Source: Octopus vulgaris
Taxonomy: Eukaryota
Length of the DNA: 64,000 nt
Reading direction: 5' to 3'
Assembly (NCBI GenBank): GCA_951406725.2
Contig: OX597816.1
Coordinates: 166,532,001-166,596,000, forward strand
The position numbers and the translations under genes were made by a program. The notes beneath the pieces are model-generated. The model made no database searches and was not told the origin of the DNA. It saw only the letters and a program-made list of their open reading frames with translations. This document shows positions 25,713 through 39,325 of the stretch, piece by piece. Every line of letters starts with the position of its first letter. Within the stretch, counting starts at the first letter, position 1.

Positions 25713-27691
25713 TGCGGCAATTGCTGCTGCTAGAGCAGCAAAGAATCATGAACAGCAGTTTTTGCGTCAGAGCGCTGATGCTGCAGCAATTACTACTGCT
25801 AGTGCTGCAGAAACCCCAACTGATCGAGATAACAGGCTTGAGGGCAATGTAATTCATAGAGCTACTAGGCAGGGTACTTCAAGGATATGTTCCTCACGAT
25901 GGTCTTATAAGGTGCTCAACTATGATCCAAATTGTAACTATGCTGTTCTACCTGACACTTATTGATAGTATGTCCGTCATTTACCAACACTGCTCCGCCA
26001 GAAAGGGGTCAGGAGAAAGTCTTGGAATGCGTTGCTCTAATGGAAAGGTTAAATTACCCATCCTCGAGGATCCACGTCAACTGTTGAAGCTTCTTCCACT
26101 AAATTCATTATCATATTCACAATATTACCTCAACATCAGAAAGTACAATTAGGCGTTCCAAATAACATCTTTTGTCATTTGGAATGACAGTGATGGTGGT
26201 TTAATGCCTACTTTTAAAGAACAGAGGTAGGTTTACCATAGGATTGGACCACCCCAGCCTTCTGCTGATGAGGAGCTTCAATTTCTTCAACTTTACTTTA
26301 TTGGTGACTATCACGAACAAACAGGCAAGCGAAACTCAATTTCATTCGGAACCAGAGGAGCTTATACTTCGGCTTTAGGATATACTGCAGTCCACAGTAT
26401 AATACCAACAATCCTGACGAACAAACTACCAAGTCAGCTTCTTGCATTTCCTTCTAGGGGTTTCTTTTTATGATCCGCCCAAACTTTTTCAACCACTTAC
26501 ATCGTTCGCGAGACCTCTTCCACCAATTTGCCGTTGACGTGGATGCGAAAATGGAGTCGGAAAGACTGTACTTCATAAGGTTAAATCAGAAGCAACTTCG
26601 TTCAGACAATAACATTCAGCTTAGAGACTCCATCACCAATGAAGCATATCCCAGAAGCATAGGGAAATTATGCATTTTACCTTCAACTTACACAGGTGGT
26701 CCCCGATACATGTATGAGAGAAAAGAGGATGCAATGATATTCGTACGACACTATAGCAGACCAGATTTATTTATTACTTTTACATGCAACCTAACGTGGA
26801 AGGAGATTAAGGATGACTTGTTTCCCGACCAAAACGCCAAGGACAGATATAACCTCATGGCCAGAGTCTGAGTCCTTAAATTATTAAAACTCATGGATCT
26901 CCTTATAAAAGAGCAAGTATTTGGGCCCGTACAATGTGACATGTTCACAAATGAATGGCAGAAACGAGGCCTTCCACTTGTACATATTCTCATTTGGCTG
27001 TCAAAAAGATCATTTCTACTGACATCGACAAGATTATCTCTGCCGAGCTTCCAGATCCCTCAAGGCTCACATGGTGCATGGGCCTTGCGGACATTGCTTC
27101 AAACCAAACTCACCATGCCTGAAAGACGGTTTGTACACTAAAAAGTTTCCCTGACAGTTCCTTCTCGAAACAGAGACTGAAAGCCATGAGTATCCATTGT
27201 ACAGACGAAGAAGGCCTGAAGATAGAGGATTCACTGCAAAAGTTGGCCAGTATGAAATTGACAATAGATGGATAGTTCCTTACTGTCCTCTTGTACTAAA
27301 GATTTTCGACGCTGATATCAACATTGACTTCTGGAACTCTGTCAAATCCATCAAGTACATGGAAGTACGTGGATATGGGTTCCGAAGCTACTATGTTTGG
27401 TCTTCAAAACAGAAACAATCGAGATTAGGTAAATCAGTACCAAGCGAGTAGTTATATCAGTAGTAACGAAGCCTTTTGGTGCATATTCAGCTTCCCACTA
27501 CACCAAAGACATTCCAATATTGAGCAACTTGCGGGGTTTTTTGAAAATGGTCAAAGAGTGTACTTCACTACTGCGACTGCTGCTCACTTGGCACAGGAAC
27601 CAAAGGACACCACTCTGACCGCGTTTTTCAAGCTTTGTGAAGTGAATCCGTTTGCCAGAACTCTGCTGTATCCACAGGTACCATCCTACTA

Positions 27692-27786
27692 CAAACAAAG
27701 AAATGGACACTAACAAGGAAATGGACACTAACAAGGAAATGGACACTAACAAAGAAATGGAATAAACAAAGAAATGGACACAAAGA
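27692..27786 (+). repeat. 18-bp minisatellite within the Helitron
   Basis: About 5 copies of aacaa(a/g)gaaatggacact. Confidence 0.85.
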
Positions 27787-28169
27787 AAGGCAGGTCAACC
27801 TGTTGGTGGACAGTCAGGCATAAAATTTGACAGTTGTCTAGGTCGAGTGTACACAGTGCACCCAAGCCAGCAAGAGTATTTCTACCTCCAACTCCCTTTG
27901 CATTAGGTCAGAGGACCAACGAATTTTGTTGACGGATATGTTTGCGCTACATATAAGGAAGCCTGCAATAAACCTGGATTACTGGAAGATGGCGCCCAAT
28001 AGGATTCAACTCTGGCAGAGACCGCCACCTCGCAATGACCAGGGAGTTTGACGACACTTTTTGCTGCATAAATGTGAACTCTGTAGGCCCGCTTGTGACA
28101 TGTCTGAGGATTTTAAATATCAAGTCCAACTACTGTTTCCCAACATGGAAGTAGGCTTCAGTGATGAAT

Positions 28170-28910
28170 TCTAGAGAGCAGCCTGGCAGAATCTTTTGCA
28201 TGAATGCACTAACGATTTTTCGGTTTCAATAATCCGAACAAGAAATCTATTGATGGAATTGCTACAATTGGAAGAGACCTCTACTTTGAGGAATTAAGGA
28301 ATTAGATTTGGAAAATGCTAGAGAATTATTGGAATTGCTTTAAAAAAAACTAAAAAAGCTAAGTAACGATGATCTCCTTGGAATGAAGCATCAAAAGACA
28401 TACAAAAGAGAAGATGAAAAGGAAGCAGAAGAAATGGAAAACATATCCAAAGATATCTCGGTCAAAAAACTTGAAGAGTTGTTACAAACAATTGAAGAAG
28501 CAGAAGAAATGGAAAACATACCCAAAGATATCTCGGTCAAAAAACTTGAAGAGTTGTTACAAACAATTGAAAAAGCAAAAGAACTCGTTCAAGAAATTGA
28601 TTCAAATGAAAAGATATGCATGATCGTTCGTCGATGGCAAGATAAGCAAATTAATTGTTATCGCCCAATCATGGAGGAAAAGAACAAAAATTACTACTGT
28701 TTAATTGAAGTTAGATAAGTTAAATAATTTAATTGTTACCAACAATTGAAAAGGCAAAAGAGCTCGTTCAAAACAATTGATTCAAATGAAAAGATATGCA
28801 TGAACGTTCGTCGATGGCTAGATAAGCAAATTAATTGCTATCGCAAAATCATGGGGGGAAGGAAAACGCTATCACTGTTTAATCGAAGTTAGATAAGTTA
28901 AATAATTTAA
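28170..28910 (+). mobile_element. Tigger/pogo transposase C-terminal remnant with internal duplications
   Basis: AWQNLLHECTNDFS, LSNDDLL, ISVKKLEE..EIDSNEKIC..INCYRPIMEEK; a 63-bp tandem duplication and a ~180-bp duplication. Confidence 0.65.
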
Positions 28911-28977
28911 ACCTCACCATATTTATTTAAATATATTCCTCAATGATTTACAGTAAATACAATGCATTATAGACGTA

Positions 28978-29139
28978 GGCGTAGGAGTGGCTGTGTGGCA
29001 AGGAGCTTGCTTACGAACCACATGGTTATGGGTTCAGACCCACTGCGTGGCACCTTGGGCAAGTGTCTTCTACTATAGCCTCGGGCCAACCAAAGCCTTG
29101 TGAATGGATTTGGTAGACGGAAACTGAAAGAAGCCCGTC

Positions 29140-29203
<64 letters not shown>

Positions 29204-29427
29204 GTATGTATGTGTGTGTATGTGTTTGTGTGTTTGTGTTTGTCCCCCCAACATCGCTTGACAACCGATGCTGGTGTGTCTACGTCCCCGTAACTTAGCG
29301 GTTCGGCAAAAGAGACCGATAGAATAAGTACTAGGCTTACAAAGAATAAGTCCTGGGGTCGATTTGCACGACTAAAAGGCGGTGCTCCAGCATGGCCGCA
29401 GTCACATGACTGAAACAAGCAAAAGAG
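28978..29427 (+). mobile_element. SINE family B, full length
   Basis: Head, internal (TA)(TG) microsatellite, tail ggcggtgctccagcatggccgcag..ctgaaac. Confidence 0.9.
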
Positions 29428-29904
29428 TATAATCATGGTATTATCCAAGGTTCCTTATAATAATTGCGTTGGTCCTTAGGCTTAATTAGTGTAGTTTTGG
29501 TATATGTGGTATTTCGCGAGAATTAATTAGCTGCACTAATCAAAGAATTCTTATAATAGATATACGACGAGCTTCTTTTCAGTTTCCGTTGTGTTGTCGC
29601 CACAGTTTAAATATGAATTTCATTACTGTGGATATGCCTTCGGCTTCACATAATTTATTCATGTCTTTTTTCTACAACGTACTAAGTGATTTGCACATGA
29701 CTACAATTGGCACGTCTGATTAGGCTCAATAAATACTACCATATATTTTTTCTATCTAATAACTGAAGCAAGTTAAAGATAAATAAAATATATACTCCCT
29801 ATTACCGAATAATCGTACGAAATCAACAATAAAACAAACTTGCAAATTAACTAAACATATGTTGACAGCTGACTAAAGGTAAGCAGGGAAAGATCTGCCC
29901 TACT

Positions 29905-29964
<60 letters not shown>

Positions 29965-30268
29965 ACTTCTCTAGTTGCTTGTTTTGTGTATTTGTTTGAT
30001 ACCCCTTTCTCGAAGAGAATAATAGAACAAGAAAAAAAACTGCTTCTCATTGCCTTTCTCTTTCTTGCTGACCACCCCCTCAAAAAGGAAAGTGATTAAT
30101 TCTCTGCTTTTCCTTCTTTTTTCGCCCAGTAAACCGGACCTTGGTTACAATTCATTCTAAGAAATGAAGAAATGGGAAGAACAAAAAAATAGTCATCCAT
30201 AATTAATTTTTACATTACACTAAAATTATTTATCCTGGAAAAATAGCAAAGCATGCAGTGCATGCGAC

Positions 30269-31004
30269 GCATACATACATACATACATACATACATACAT
30301 ACACACATACATACATAATACATACATACACACATACACACATACATACACACGTACATACATACATACATACATACATACATACACACGTACATACATA
30401 CATACATACACACATACACACATACATACATACATACATACATACATACACACATACATACATACACACATACATACATACATACATACATACATACATA
30501 CATACATAATACATACATACATAATACATACATTCATACATACATACATACATACATACATACATACATACATACATACACATACATACATACATACATA
30601 CATACATAATACATACATAATACATACATTCATACATACATACATACATACATACATACATACATACATACACACAAACATACATACATACATACACACA
30701 CACACATACATACATACATACATACATACACACACACATACATACATACACACATACATACACACACACATACATACATATATACATACATACATACATA
30801 CATACATACACACACACATACATACATACATACATACATACATACATACACACATACATACATACATACATACACACACACATACATACATACATACATA
30901 CATACATAATACATACATTCATACATACATACATACATACATACATACATACATACATACATACATACATACATACATACATACATACACACACACACAT
31001 ACAT

Positions 31005-31035
<31 letters not shown>

Positions 31036-31229
31036 TACATACATACATACATACACACACACATACATACATATATACATACATACATACATACATACAT
31101 ACACACACACATACATACATACATACATACATACATAATACATACATTCATACATACATACATACATACATACATACATACATACATACATACATACATA
31201 CATACATACATACACACACACACATACAT

Positions 31230-31260
<31 letters not shown>

Positions 31261-31546
31261 TACATACATACATACATACACACACACATACATACATATA
31301 TACATACATACATACATACATACATACATACACACACATATACATACATACATACATACACACACATATACATACATACATACATACATACATACATACA
31401 TACATACACACACTCATACACACACATACATACATACATACATACATACATACATACATACATACATACATACACAAATACATACACACATACATACATA
31501 CATACATACATACATACATACATACATACATACATACATACATACA
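30269..31546. repeat. 1.3-kb compound (CATA)n/(CA)n microsatellite
   Basis: Seen directly; variant motifs recur at longer periods. Confidence 0.95.
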
Positions 31547-33050
31547 AATGCTAACCTTCTAGTGAGCGTAGTCCAAGCCGTAGTTGATCTGGTTTCATCG
31601 TGGGCCACCATCTTGAAATTAAACACGAGTAGTGACTCTATTATCCCTGATAGTATACAGTATCGCAAAGGCATATTCCAAGGAGACAGCCTCTCTATGA
31701 TGTTGTTTATACTTTCTGAAAACCCCTTATCATTCATGTTAAGGAAGTGTGAAATATATCTTACTGGTTCACAAGGAAACAGAAATACCAAAATTACACA
31801 CTGTTTCTTTGTGGATGACTTGAAACTATATGCAAAGATATGCACAAGATGAAAAAGAACCTTGAACTGGTTACAGCATTCTCAAAGGATATAGGGTTGG
31901 AGTTTAGCCAGGATAAATGTCGCTATATGGTTGTGAAAAGAAGGAAACCTGTAAACCAGACTAACAACATCTCCATCAATTACTTAACTGTTTCCCCTAT
32001 ATCTGATGAGGAATGTTACAGGTATCTTGGGGTGGATGAAAACATATCTTACAACGGCATCTGTAACAAAACACTAAAGAATATCACAACCTAACAAAGA
32101 AAATTTGGACCTCGGAACTCTCTGCATTCAATAAAACTGTAGCCCACAATGTGTTTGCAGTGCCAGTACTCATACCAATATTTAGGTTTCTTGATTGGAT
32201 GTTTGATGACATCTGAGTCATTGATGTGAAAACCCGGAAAATATAAGCACACATAATTTCCACATCAACAGTGATGTAGACTACCTCTACATAAAACGAA
32301 AACAAGGTGGCAGAGGTTTAGCATCGATCCAAAATACCTTTGAATGTCGCATCATATCCCTTCGGCAACATCTTTTAACCACCAAGTGTTGAAGTGTATC
32401 CTTTGACCAAGTTTGCATACATGAGGCTGATAACATCATAAGACTTGGAAGGTAGCCCCCTGGGCAACATTCTTTGTCTGATAATCTTAAATGCATGCCT
32501 AAAGAAGTCGCACGGCTCTACCGCAATGTTTCATCAGATGAATGGATGAGTCTGTATGAGCAGAAGACTATGCATGGATTGTCGAAAGGACAACTTCAAG
32601 GGTAAAGAAATAAGTACCCACAGTATGGTGGAAGTCATAGCTACTCATAATAAAAAGGAGTAAAGGTGGAATGTCTCAATGAAAACCTCAATAAAATGTA
32701 AGCACAATAGACTTGATATAATGATTTGGGATAGAGAAGAGAAACTGCATAGTTGTGGAAATCAACTGCCCAACAAATGTTAACATAAAGCTGAAGATCA
32801 GTGAAAAAGAGCATATCTACGTTGAACTATTGAGAAACCTGAGGTTATTCTATCCAGATTACAAGTTCAGGTTTATACCTGTAATACACTGCCTAAATAT
32901 CTATCTTAAGAAATTAAGCTTCTCAAAGCCAGAAAGGAGAAAGCTGATTCGAAGACTACAGATTCAATCCATCGCTAGAAATGAGCATGTCTAAATATGC
33001 AAGTATATGCATGAAAAGGCATACATAAAACAAAACATACAAACCTGCAC
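31547..33050 (+). mobile_element. R4/Dong-like LINE relic (RT + RLE) embedded in (CATA)n
   Basis: KGIFQGDSLS, FFVDDLKLYAK, FSKDIGLEFSQDKC, YRYLG, RKQGGRGL, KHNRLDIMIWD..EINCP..FRFIPVI. Confidence 0.9.
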
Positions 33051-33309
33051 ATATACATAAATACATACTTACATAATACATACGTACATACATACATACA
33101 TACATACATACATACATACATACATACATACATACAAACATACATATCCTGTTGTTGATGTTGAAATTGTAATGAAGGAGCTTTGGATCTAGGTTAGAAA
33201 CTGTCTCTTTCTCTATTGGCAAGAAGTTTTCAAATAAAGCTGAATAATAACATACATACTTACATACAGACACACAGACAGGCAGGCAGACAGACAGACA
33301 GTACTATTA

Positions 33310-34200
33310 CGCTGGTACTCTGAGAATACAACTGTCTCATGCGATCCAAAGGAGGCTGAACTGGCCTACCTAAACAAAAGCTTGGAGGAGAAGCAGGCAT
33401 CATACCAACAAAAAGCAATGAATGGGTACATATCCCGTAAGCTAGCTGGCAACAACAGCATAGACATAAGAGTACCCTCCCCTGGGGGCTGCGATAGGTA
33501 CATTAGATCCCACCTGTAAGGATATGCTTTCACTATCCAGAAACAGGAAGTAGGTACTAAATACCTGACAAACAAGAAGGACAAAGATACCACCAAACTT
33601 CCACGTTGTAATAAAAAAAAATGTCGGCTCTGCTATACCAGTGTGGAAGATTTCACCCACATCAACAGCAGTTGCCCCAAAATGTCAACGAGACACTACC
33701 TGCCCCTGAGGCATGATATAGTTGCATAGATGATTTACAATGCTATCTGCGGGAAGGACTACCCTGACAGATACATCACAGGCATGTCAGAACCAGCAGG
33801 TATTCACACCTTTAAAAACAAGGAATACTGGTGGAACACCCCAATAAAAGCATCAGTTCAGTGCAAGCATAATAGACCTGATAATGTTCCGTGGGTCAGT
33901 GAACAAAAGCCATGCACTGTTGTAGAGATCAGCTGCCCAGTGGATGTGAATGCACAATGAAAAGTTCAGGAAAAAGAGAACATTTATGGCGAATTAATGC
34001 AGTACTTAATTCTGGCTATGAATTCTCATTTGTACCGATCAACATAGGTGCATTAGGCTATGTGCAAAGAAATTTACGCAAAAGCCTACAAATACTCGGT
34101 TTCACAAAGAAAGAGCGAAAGAAACTGACGCGGATTCTTCAAATCCTATAGTGACACAGTGAAGATCTGTTAGACATTCCCAAAATTCTCCGTTTGAGAT
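33310..34200 (+). mobile_element. Second R4/Dong-like fragment (zinc knuckle + RLE)
   Basis: GYAFTIQKQEVGTKYL, CRLC..VEDFTHINSSCPKM..RHDIVA, KHNRPDN, EISCP, VPINIGALG. Confidence 0.85.
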
Positions 34201-35364
34201 TCTTTAGATAAATAGATACACACATCTGAGTGTGTGCATCGATAGCTCAACCAGCACCCCAACTCAACAACATATTTCAAACACCAGGAACTCTCCTTAC
34301 AACATTATTCTATCTCTCTTTGTGGATTATTACTAACAATGTGTGTACGCCAAACAATGCAAAAAATTCTACCATACCTAACTTTCTTTCGCATGCTTTT
34401 GGATTTATCATAACCTGCCCGTCGAGGCAAGGTATTTGTAACATAACGGTAAATAAATATTTCCTTAAAACTTTATGCATTGTTCGTCTTTCACATCCTA
34501 CAGTATGCGATTATATCAACAAATTTTTATCGTTACAACTGCTGACTCCGACATTTCATATTAATGTTTACTAATCAATCTTACCCGTTACAATTGGTAA
34601 CTACACCAAAATAAAATCCGTATCGTTACAGTTTGTTACTGACCGACTTGAACTCTCCCAAGAACTTAAATTAAACTCATAGAATCCCCCATCCTCACAC
34701 ACATGTATATGCATCAAGATTTGTTTCACCGAGCTAATGAGGAACGCAATAGAAAGAGCATCCAAAATGTCCTCACGATCTTCGTCTTTAAAAAGTAAGG
34801 AGAAATTGTATCCGAGGAAAAAACTGTCCATAAGTTTCTGGGGTCAACGATGAACTGGGACATGGCAACAAATCAGTTACTTTCTTGTATTATTGTTAGC
34901 GTTTGATTATTTTCACTGTCACTACTTTATGTAATTTACGTTTAGTTAAAGACTGCTAATGCTATAATCATATAATCTACAACAAAACATGTGTTGTTTG
35001 GATTCCATTTCAACGAATCGTTACTGGTATTTGTTACTCCCTTCGTTGCAAAACGACCTACTGGATATTAAAAGATCATTCGTTGAAGTAGACATGACTT
35101 GTACACAGTAATTTTATTGTTTCATCAATAAACCTTGAAGAAGAAGCATGATCAATAAAATAAGATATATAAAACCCCCAAAATAAAATAGATTTTCAGA
35201 TAATAGAAATAAAATACTGTCTTAAATTTCACTCTTGTACATAGAGATAAAGATCTTGTTTCAGCTATTTATCGGGCACCTTCTGTCTTTCCCTTTTTCT
35301 TTCCCTCTTTCTTTATCTTAGGTTCGTTTTATTCTTATCATCGTTAACATCTTTTTTCTGTTTC

Positions 35365-35641
35365 TTGTTTCAGTCATTAGAATGCGACCATGCTGGGGCA
35401 ACGCCTTGAAAAATCTTAGTCGAACGAATCGACTCAAGTACGTTAAGCCTGGTTCTTATTATATCGATCTTTTTTGTCGAACCGATACGTTTAGGGGACG
35501 TAAACACTCCAACACCGGTTGTCAAGCGGTGGTGGAGGACAAACACAGACACAAAGACATACACACGACGGACTTCTTTCAGTTTCCGTCTACCAAATCC
35601 AGTCATAAAGCTTTCGTGGGATCGAGGCTATAGTAGAAGAC
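35365..35641 (-). mobile_element. SINE family B, diverged, head missing
   Basis: Reverse-complement tail and body. Confidence 0.75.
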
Positions 35642-35915
35642 GCTCGGAGATGGTAGATATGAACTCAAGAAAGGGATGAAATTGGTGAATTGTTCACGAG
35701 AGGGGAATCTCTTTCTCTCTTTCTTTCTCTGTATGTATACCATCCTAGGGCATCGCTTTGGAGGATTTAGTCGAACAAATCATCCCAAGTGCTTATTTTA
35801 AGCCTGCTATATATTCCATTAGGTCCTTTTTGCTTGACAGCTAAGTATCGAGAACATAAACAAAGCTACCCCGGTTTTCAAATGGGCTCGTTTACGGCCC
35901 ACAGGAACACACACA

Positions 35916-36312
35916 TCTTTATATATAAAAGTGAAGTTGTGTGTCTGTCTCCTACAATTTAGATTCCTAACTACTCCCACATTTTGCGGTGCAGTGTAAC
36001 CAAAAGCGGGTATCTTATAGTCGTGATTGATATCGAGCCCTTCTGGGTATTAGCGCGCGTCTACGATGAGTCTACGATTTTAAAAATAATTTACCATCAT
36101 TTTTTTCCATTTTAATGCATTTGTTTCGCTATTATATAAGGGAAGTAACTCTCTAAAAATGTCTACGATGAGTCAATGATTTAAAAAAAATTACCATCAT
36201 TTTTTTCCATTTTTAATGCATTTTTTTGCTATTTTTTTGGCTATAACTCTCTAAAAATGCTTATATAGTTATTTCTCTTACAAACCCGAGCAACGCTGGG
36301 CGATACTGCTAG
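35916..36312 (+). mobile_element. Short non-autonomous Helitron
   Basis: A|TC start, 3' hairpin cccgagcaacgctggg, CTAG|T end; same 3' end as 45362-45775. Confidence 0.9.
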
Positions 36313-36328
36313 TAATAAATAAATATAT

Positions 36329-37167
36329 TGTAGCAAGTCATAAAAGGAGGCAATATGACGTAATGGTCGTTTGTCCGAACAAGCATAATTGTTGGTAATC
36401 CCACTGGTTAAAATTACTGCCCATATATGAATTCTAAACTTTCGTCAAAGAAATCTTTCACGAAATACGGTTTTTAGAATTCAGATATGAGCAGTTATAA
36501 AAACCCTGATTTTGGGGAAATTATTCAGCGATCGAAGGATATTACTAAACTCCACGACACTCACAATAGTGATCGTAGGATGTTGCTAAACTCCACGATA
36601 CTCATAAGAATGATCGTTGGATGTTACTAAACTCCACGACACTCACTCCTTGAGATATTGGCTATTTTTATGCCAATGTCTATGACCTATATCCAACGAA
36701 ACTTAATTGAATTGTTGTGAACTCTAGTAGTTAGTATAAAGAATTAGCTAGTGTGAATTTTAAGTCGTAACTCTCTACGACAAAATTACTTTACTTTCCA
36801 ATTGTACTATAAATACTAAATGTACATAAATAAACTGATTAGTAATTATTTTCTCTTTCTTCACGTTTTTCAACTTGTTACTGAAATTTGTTCATGTAAT
36901 TATGAAAACTGTATTTTTTTATAGCGGTTAAAAGGACACGAATTTATTTATCTTCAACATACATGCACGCATAAAATGTCCGTTGGCGTGTATATAGCTG
37001 GAGTCAGGATTTATGTATAATGATATCACTTTTAAGTAAGTTATAAGTGACGTGTTTATCAATATATATTTTCCTACTTCAAAGGTAAAATATAATTATT
37101 ATCTATTTCCAAATAGGAAACATATAAAAGTAGTGTTACACAAACAGTAACCAAACCGGTTATAACA
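36329..37167 (+). repeat. 5' LTR of a Gypsy element
   Basis: TGT...ACA ends followed 2 nt later by the PBS; contains three 41-bp tandem repeats (36530-36650). Confidence 0.75.
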
Positions 37168-37169
37168 TG

Positions 37170-37189
37170 TGGTGACATCCCGTCGTGAT
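37170..37189 (+). promoter_or_regulatory. Primer-binding site (tRNA-Trp)
   Basis: tggtgacatcccgtcgtgat is close to TGGTGACCCCGACGTGAT, the complement of the tRNA-Trp 3' end used by CsRn1-clade elements. Confidence 0.75.
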
Positions 37190-37498
37190 CACGTAGATAA
37201 ACCACAACATCATAAAAGTATTGACACTTGTGAAAAATATATAAGATTTTCAATAGAAAATAGATGATAATTTCATTACACATAATTTTATTAACAGAAA
37301 TATTCGATATTAAAAGTTGAAGGAAAAAGAACGCTGAAGAAATAAACAAAAATAGTTATAAGAAATTTAACTGCACTTTCTAGCATATTAATGTTATATT
37401 TCATCATAGCTGTTGAAAGCATTATTTCACTAAGAGCAAAATTTTCTTTTTGAAAATTATAATACATTTGACTGGAAGAAAATATTAAAGAGTTAGAA

Positions 37499-38803
37499 AT
37501 GTCTTATTTTGATATAGAGATATATTCAAGCTTCAATGGCAGCTTTGCCTCCTGCTTGGACGAGAGATATCCTTATCTGGTTTGCTCAATTAGAAGCAAG
37601 TTTTGCAGCAAACGGAATAACAACAGCGACATAAAAGTATAACATTATGTTAAATAACTTACCACCACCTCTGAGTAATGAAATTAGGGACTTATTAGTA
37701 GATCCTACTGAACCGTTTTCATATTCTTCCGTAAAGGAAGAGATACTAAAGGGGATTTCCTATTCAAAGCAAAAAAGAATTTGCTAAACTGTTCAATAAC
37801 GAATAACTAGGTGACAGAAAACCTACTCAACTTCTTCGTAGAATGAAAGAACTTCTCAGAAATCAACAGATAGAAGAGTCTTATCTTAAGGAAGTTTTCT
37901 TTGGCAAGTTACCTCATAGTACTCAAACACTACTTTCAGCGGTGAAAGATTTCTTAGACGAAAGTTTAGAATTCGTATATGGGCAGTAATTTTAACCAAT
38001 GGGTTTACCAACAATTATGCTTGTTCGGGCAAACGACCATTGCTACGTCATATTGCTACCTTTTATGACTTGCTACACAAGCCCTTCAGCGGTGAAAGAG
38101 CAAAAATTCTCTCAAACAATTGGCAGATTTGGCAGATGGTATATTGGAATTGTCATCTAGAGAGTCAGTAAATGCCTTGCCATCCATTTCTTCAGAATAA
38201 CAGTTGATGAAATAAACTTGCGAGAAACAATTTAAATTATTAACAGACAAGATCGAAAGTCTTCAACTGGGAAGAGATAAAACGCTCTTATAATAGAAAT
38301 AATGCAAGATGGCGTAAAAGATCAAAAAGTCCCAAAAGAAATGCTACATGCTGATACCATTCAAAGTTCGGTGACAAATCTTATCGCTGTATTAAGCCAT
38401 GCTCGTTTGATTTTCTGAACAAGAAAAGCTCGGGAAACTTTTCAACCACAGATTATACGTGAAGAAATCTGTGGAGAAATACATAAAAAGTCGAGTAGTC
38501 TTCATATTTGACGCTAACTCCAAACAGATTCTTAGTGGATACAGCAGCAGCTTGTCCCATTTGGCCTGCTAAACTTTTGAAAGAGTAACCTAATCCTGCT
38601 TATTTGACTCTACAAGCAGTAAATCAGTCTGACATCCAAACATTTGGAGAAATTAGTTTAACTCTCGATTTGCATTTAAGGAGAGAATATAAGTGGGTTT
38701 TCATTGTAGCAGATTTGCCTCATCCGATATTGGGGGTAGATTTTATTTCCCATTACAATTTAATGGTAGATGTCAAGAAACAAAAATTAATTGACACAGT
38801 AAC
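37499..38803 (+). pseudogene. CsRn1-clade Gypsy gag + protease relic
   Basis: LPPAW..IWFAQLEASF, LGDRKPTQLLRRMKELL, CX2HX9CX3C knuckle (C*YHSKFGDKSYRCIKPC at 38349), GGGAAAC slippery site at 38432, protease FLVDT..ILGVDF; no RT or integrase. Confidence 0.9.
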
Positions 38804-38827
38804 GTGTTTATCAATATATATTTTACT

Positions 38828-39325
38828 TTTGAAGTAGGAATATTTATTGATAAACACGTCACTTATAACTTACTTATAAGTGATATCATTAAATATAAAT
38901 CCTGATCCCAGCTACATAAAAACCATAGCGAGAAATATATTCTCTGAAAAGCTACCGTTTTATGCGTGCATGTATGTTGAGGATAAATAAATTCGTGTTC
39001 TTTTAACCGCTATAAAAAAATACAGTTTCTAACTACAGAAATAAATTTAAATAATAAGTTGAAGAACGTGAAGAAAGAGAAAATAATTACTGCATCAGTT
39101 TATTTATGTACATTTTAGTATTTATAGTACAATTAGAAAGTAAAGTAATTTTGTCGTAGAGAGTTACGACTTAAAATTCATACTAGCTAATCCTTCATAC
39201 TAACTACTAGAGTTCACAACAATTCAAATAAGTCTTGTTGGATTTAAGTCCTAGACATGGCATAAAAAATAGCCAATATCTCAAGGAGTGAGTGTTGTGG
39301 AGTTTAGTAACGTCTTACGATCACT
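38828..39325 (-). repeat. Inverted copy of the LTR interior (36609-37083)
   Basis: Colinear reverse complement with moderate divergence and one indel. Confidence 0.9.

Larger units (their letters stand above)
23002..28030 (+). mobile_element. Helitron with pseudogenised Rep (HUH) region, 3'-truncated
   Basis: Motifs CSNGKVKLP, NIRKYN, LFHQFAVD..ESERLYFIRLNQKQLR, ILPSTYTGGPRYM..PDLFITFTCN, EWQKRGLP(L)VHILIWL, MVHGPCG, YPLYRRR, DNRWIVPY; Helitron-type 5' sequence tatataa..gtgtgtctgtctg. Confidence 0.9.

Noticed and set aside
30210-31547. Long ORFs rich in MYVC/YI/TH (also at 7989, 10112, 19557, 44343, 49524, 51938, 59516 and others)
   Set aside because: Translations of TA/CA/CATA microsatellites, which lack stop codons by construction
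36609-39325. Novel TIR DNA transposon or DIRS-like element carrying gag
   Set aside because: The inverted arms derive from the interior of a conventional LTR followed by a PBS; no transposase or tyrosine recombinase and no TSD
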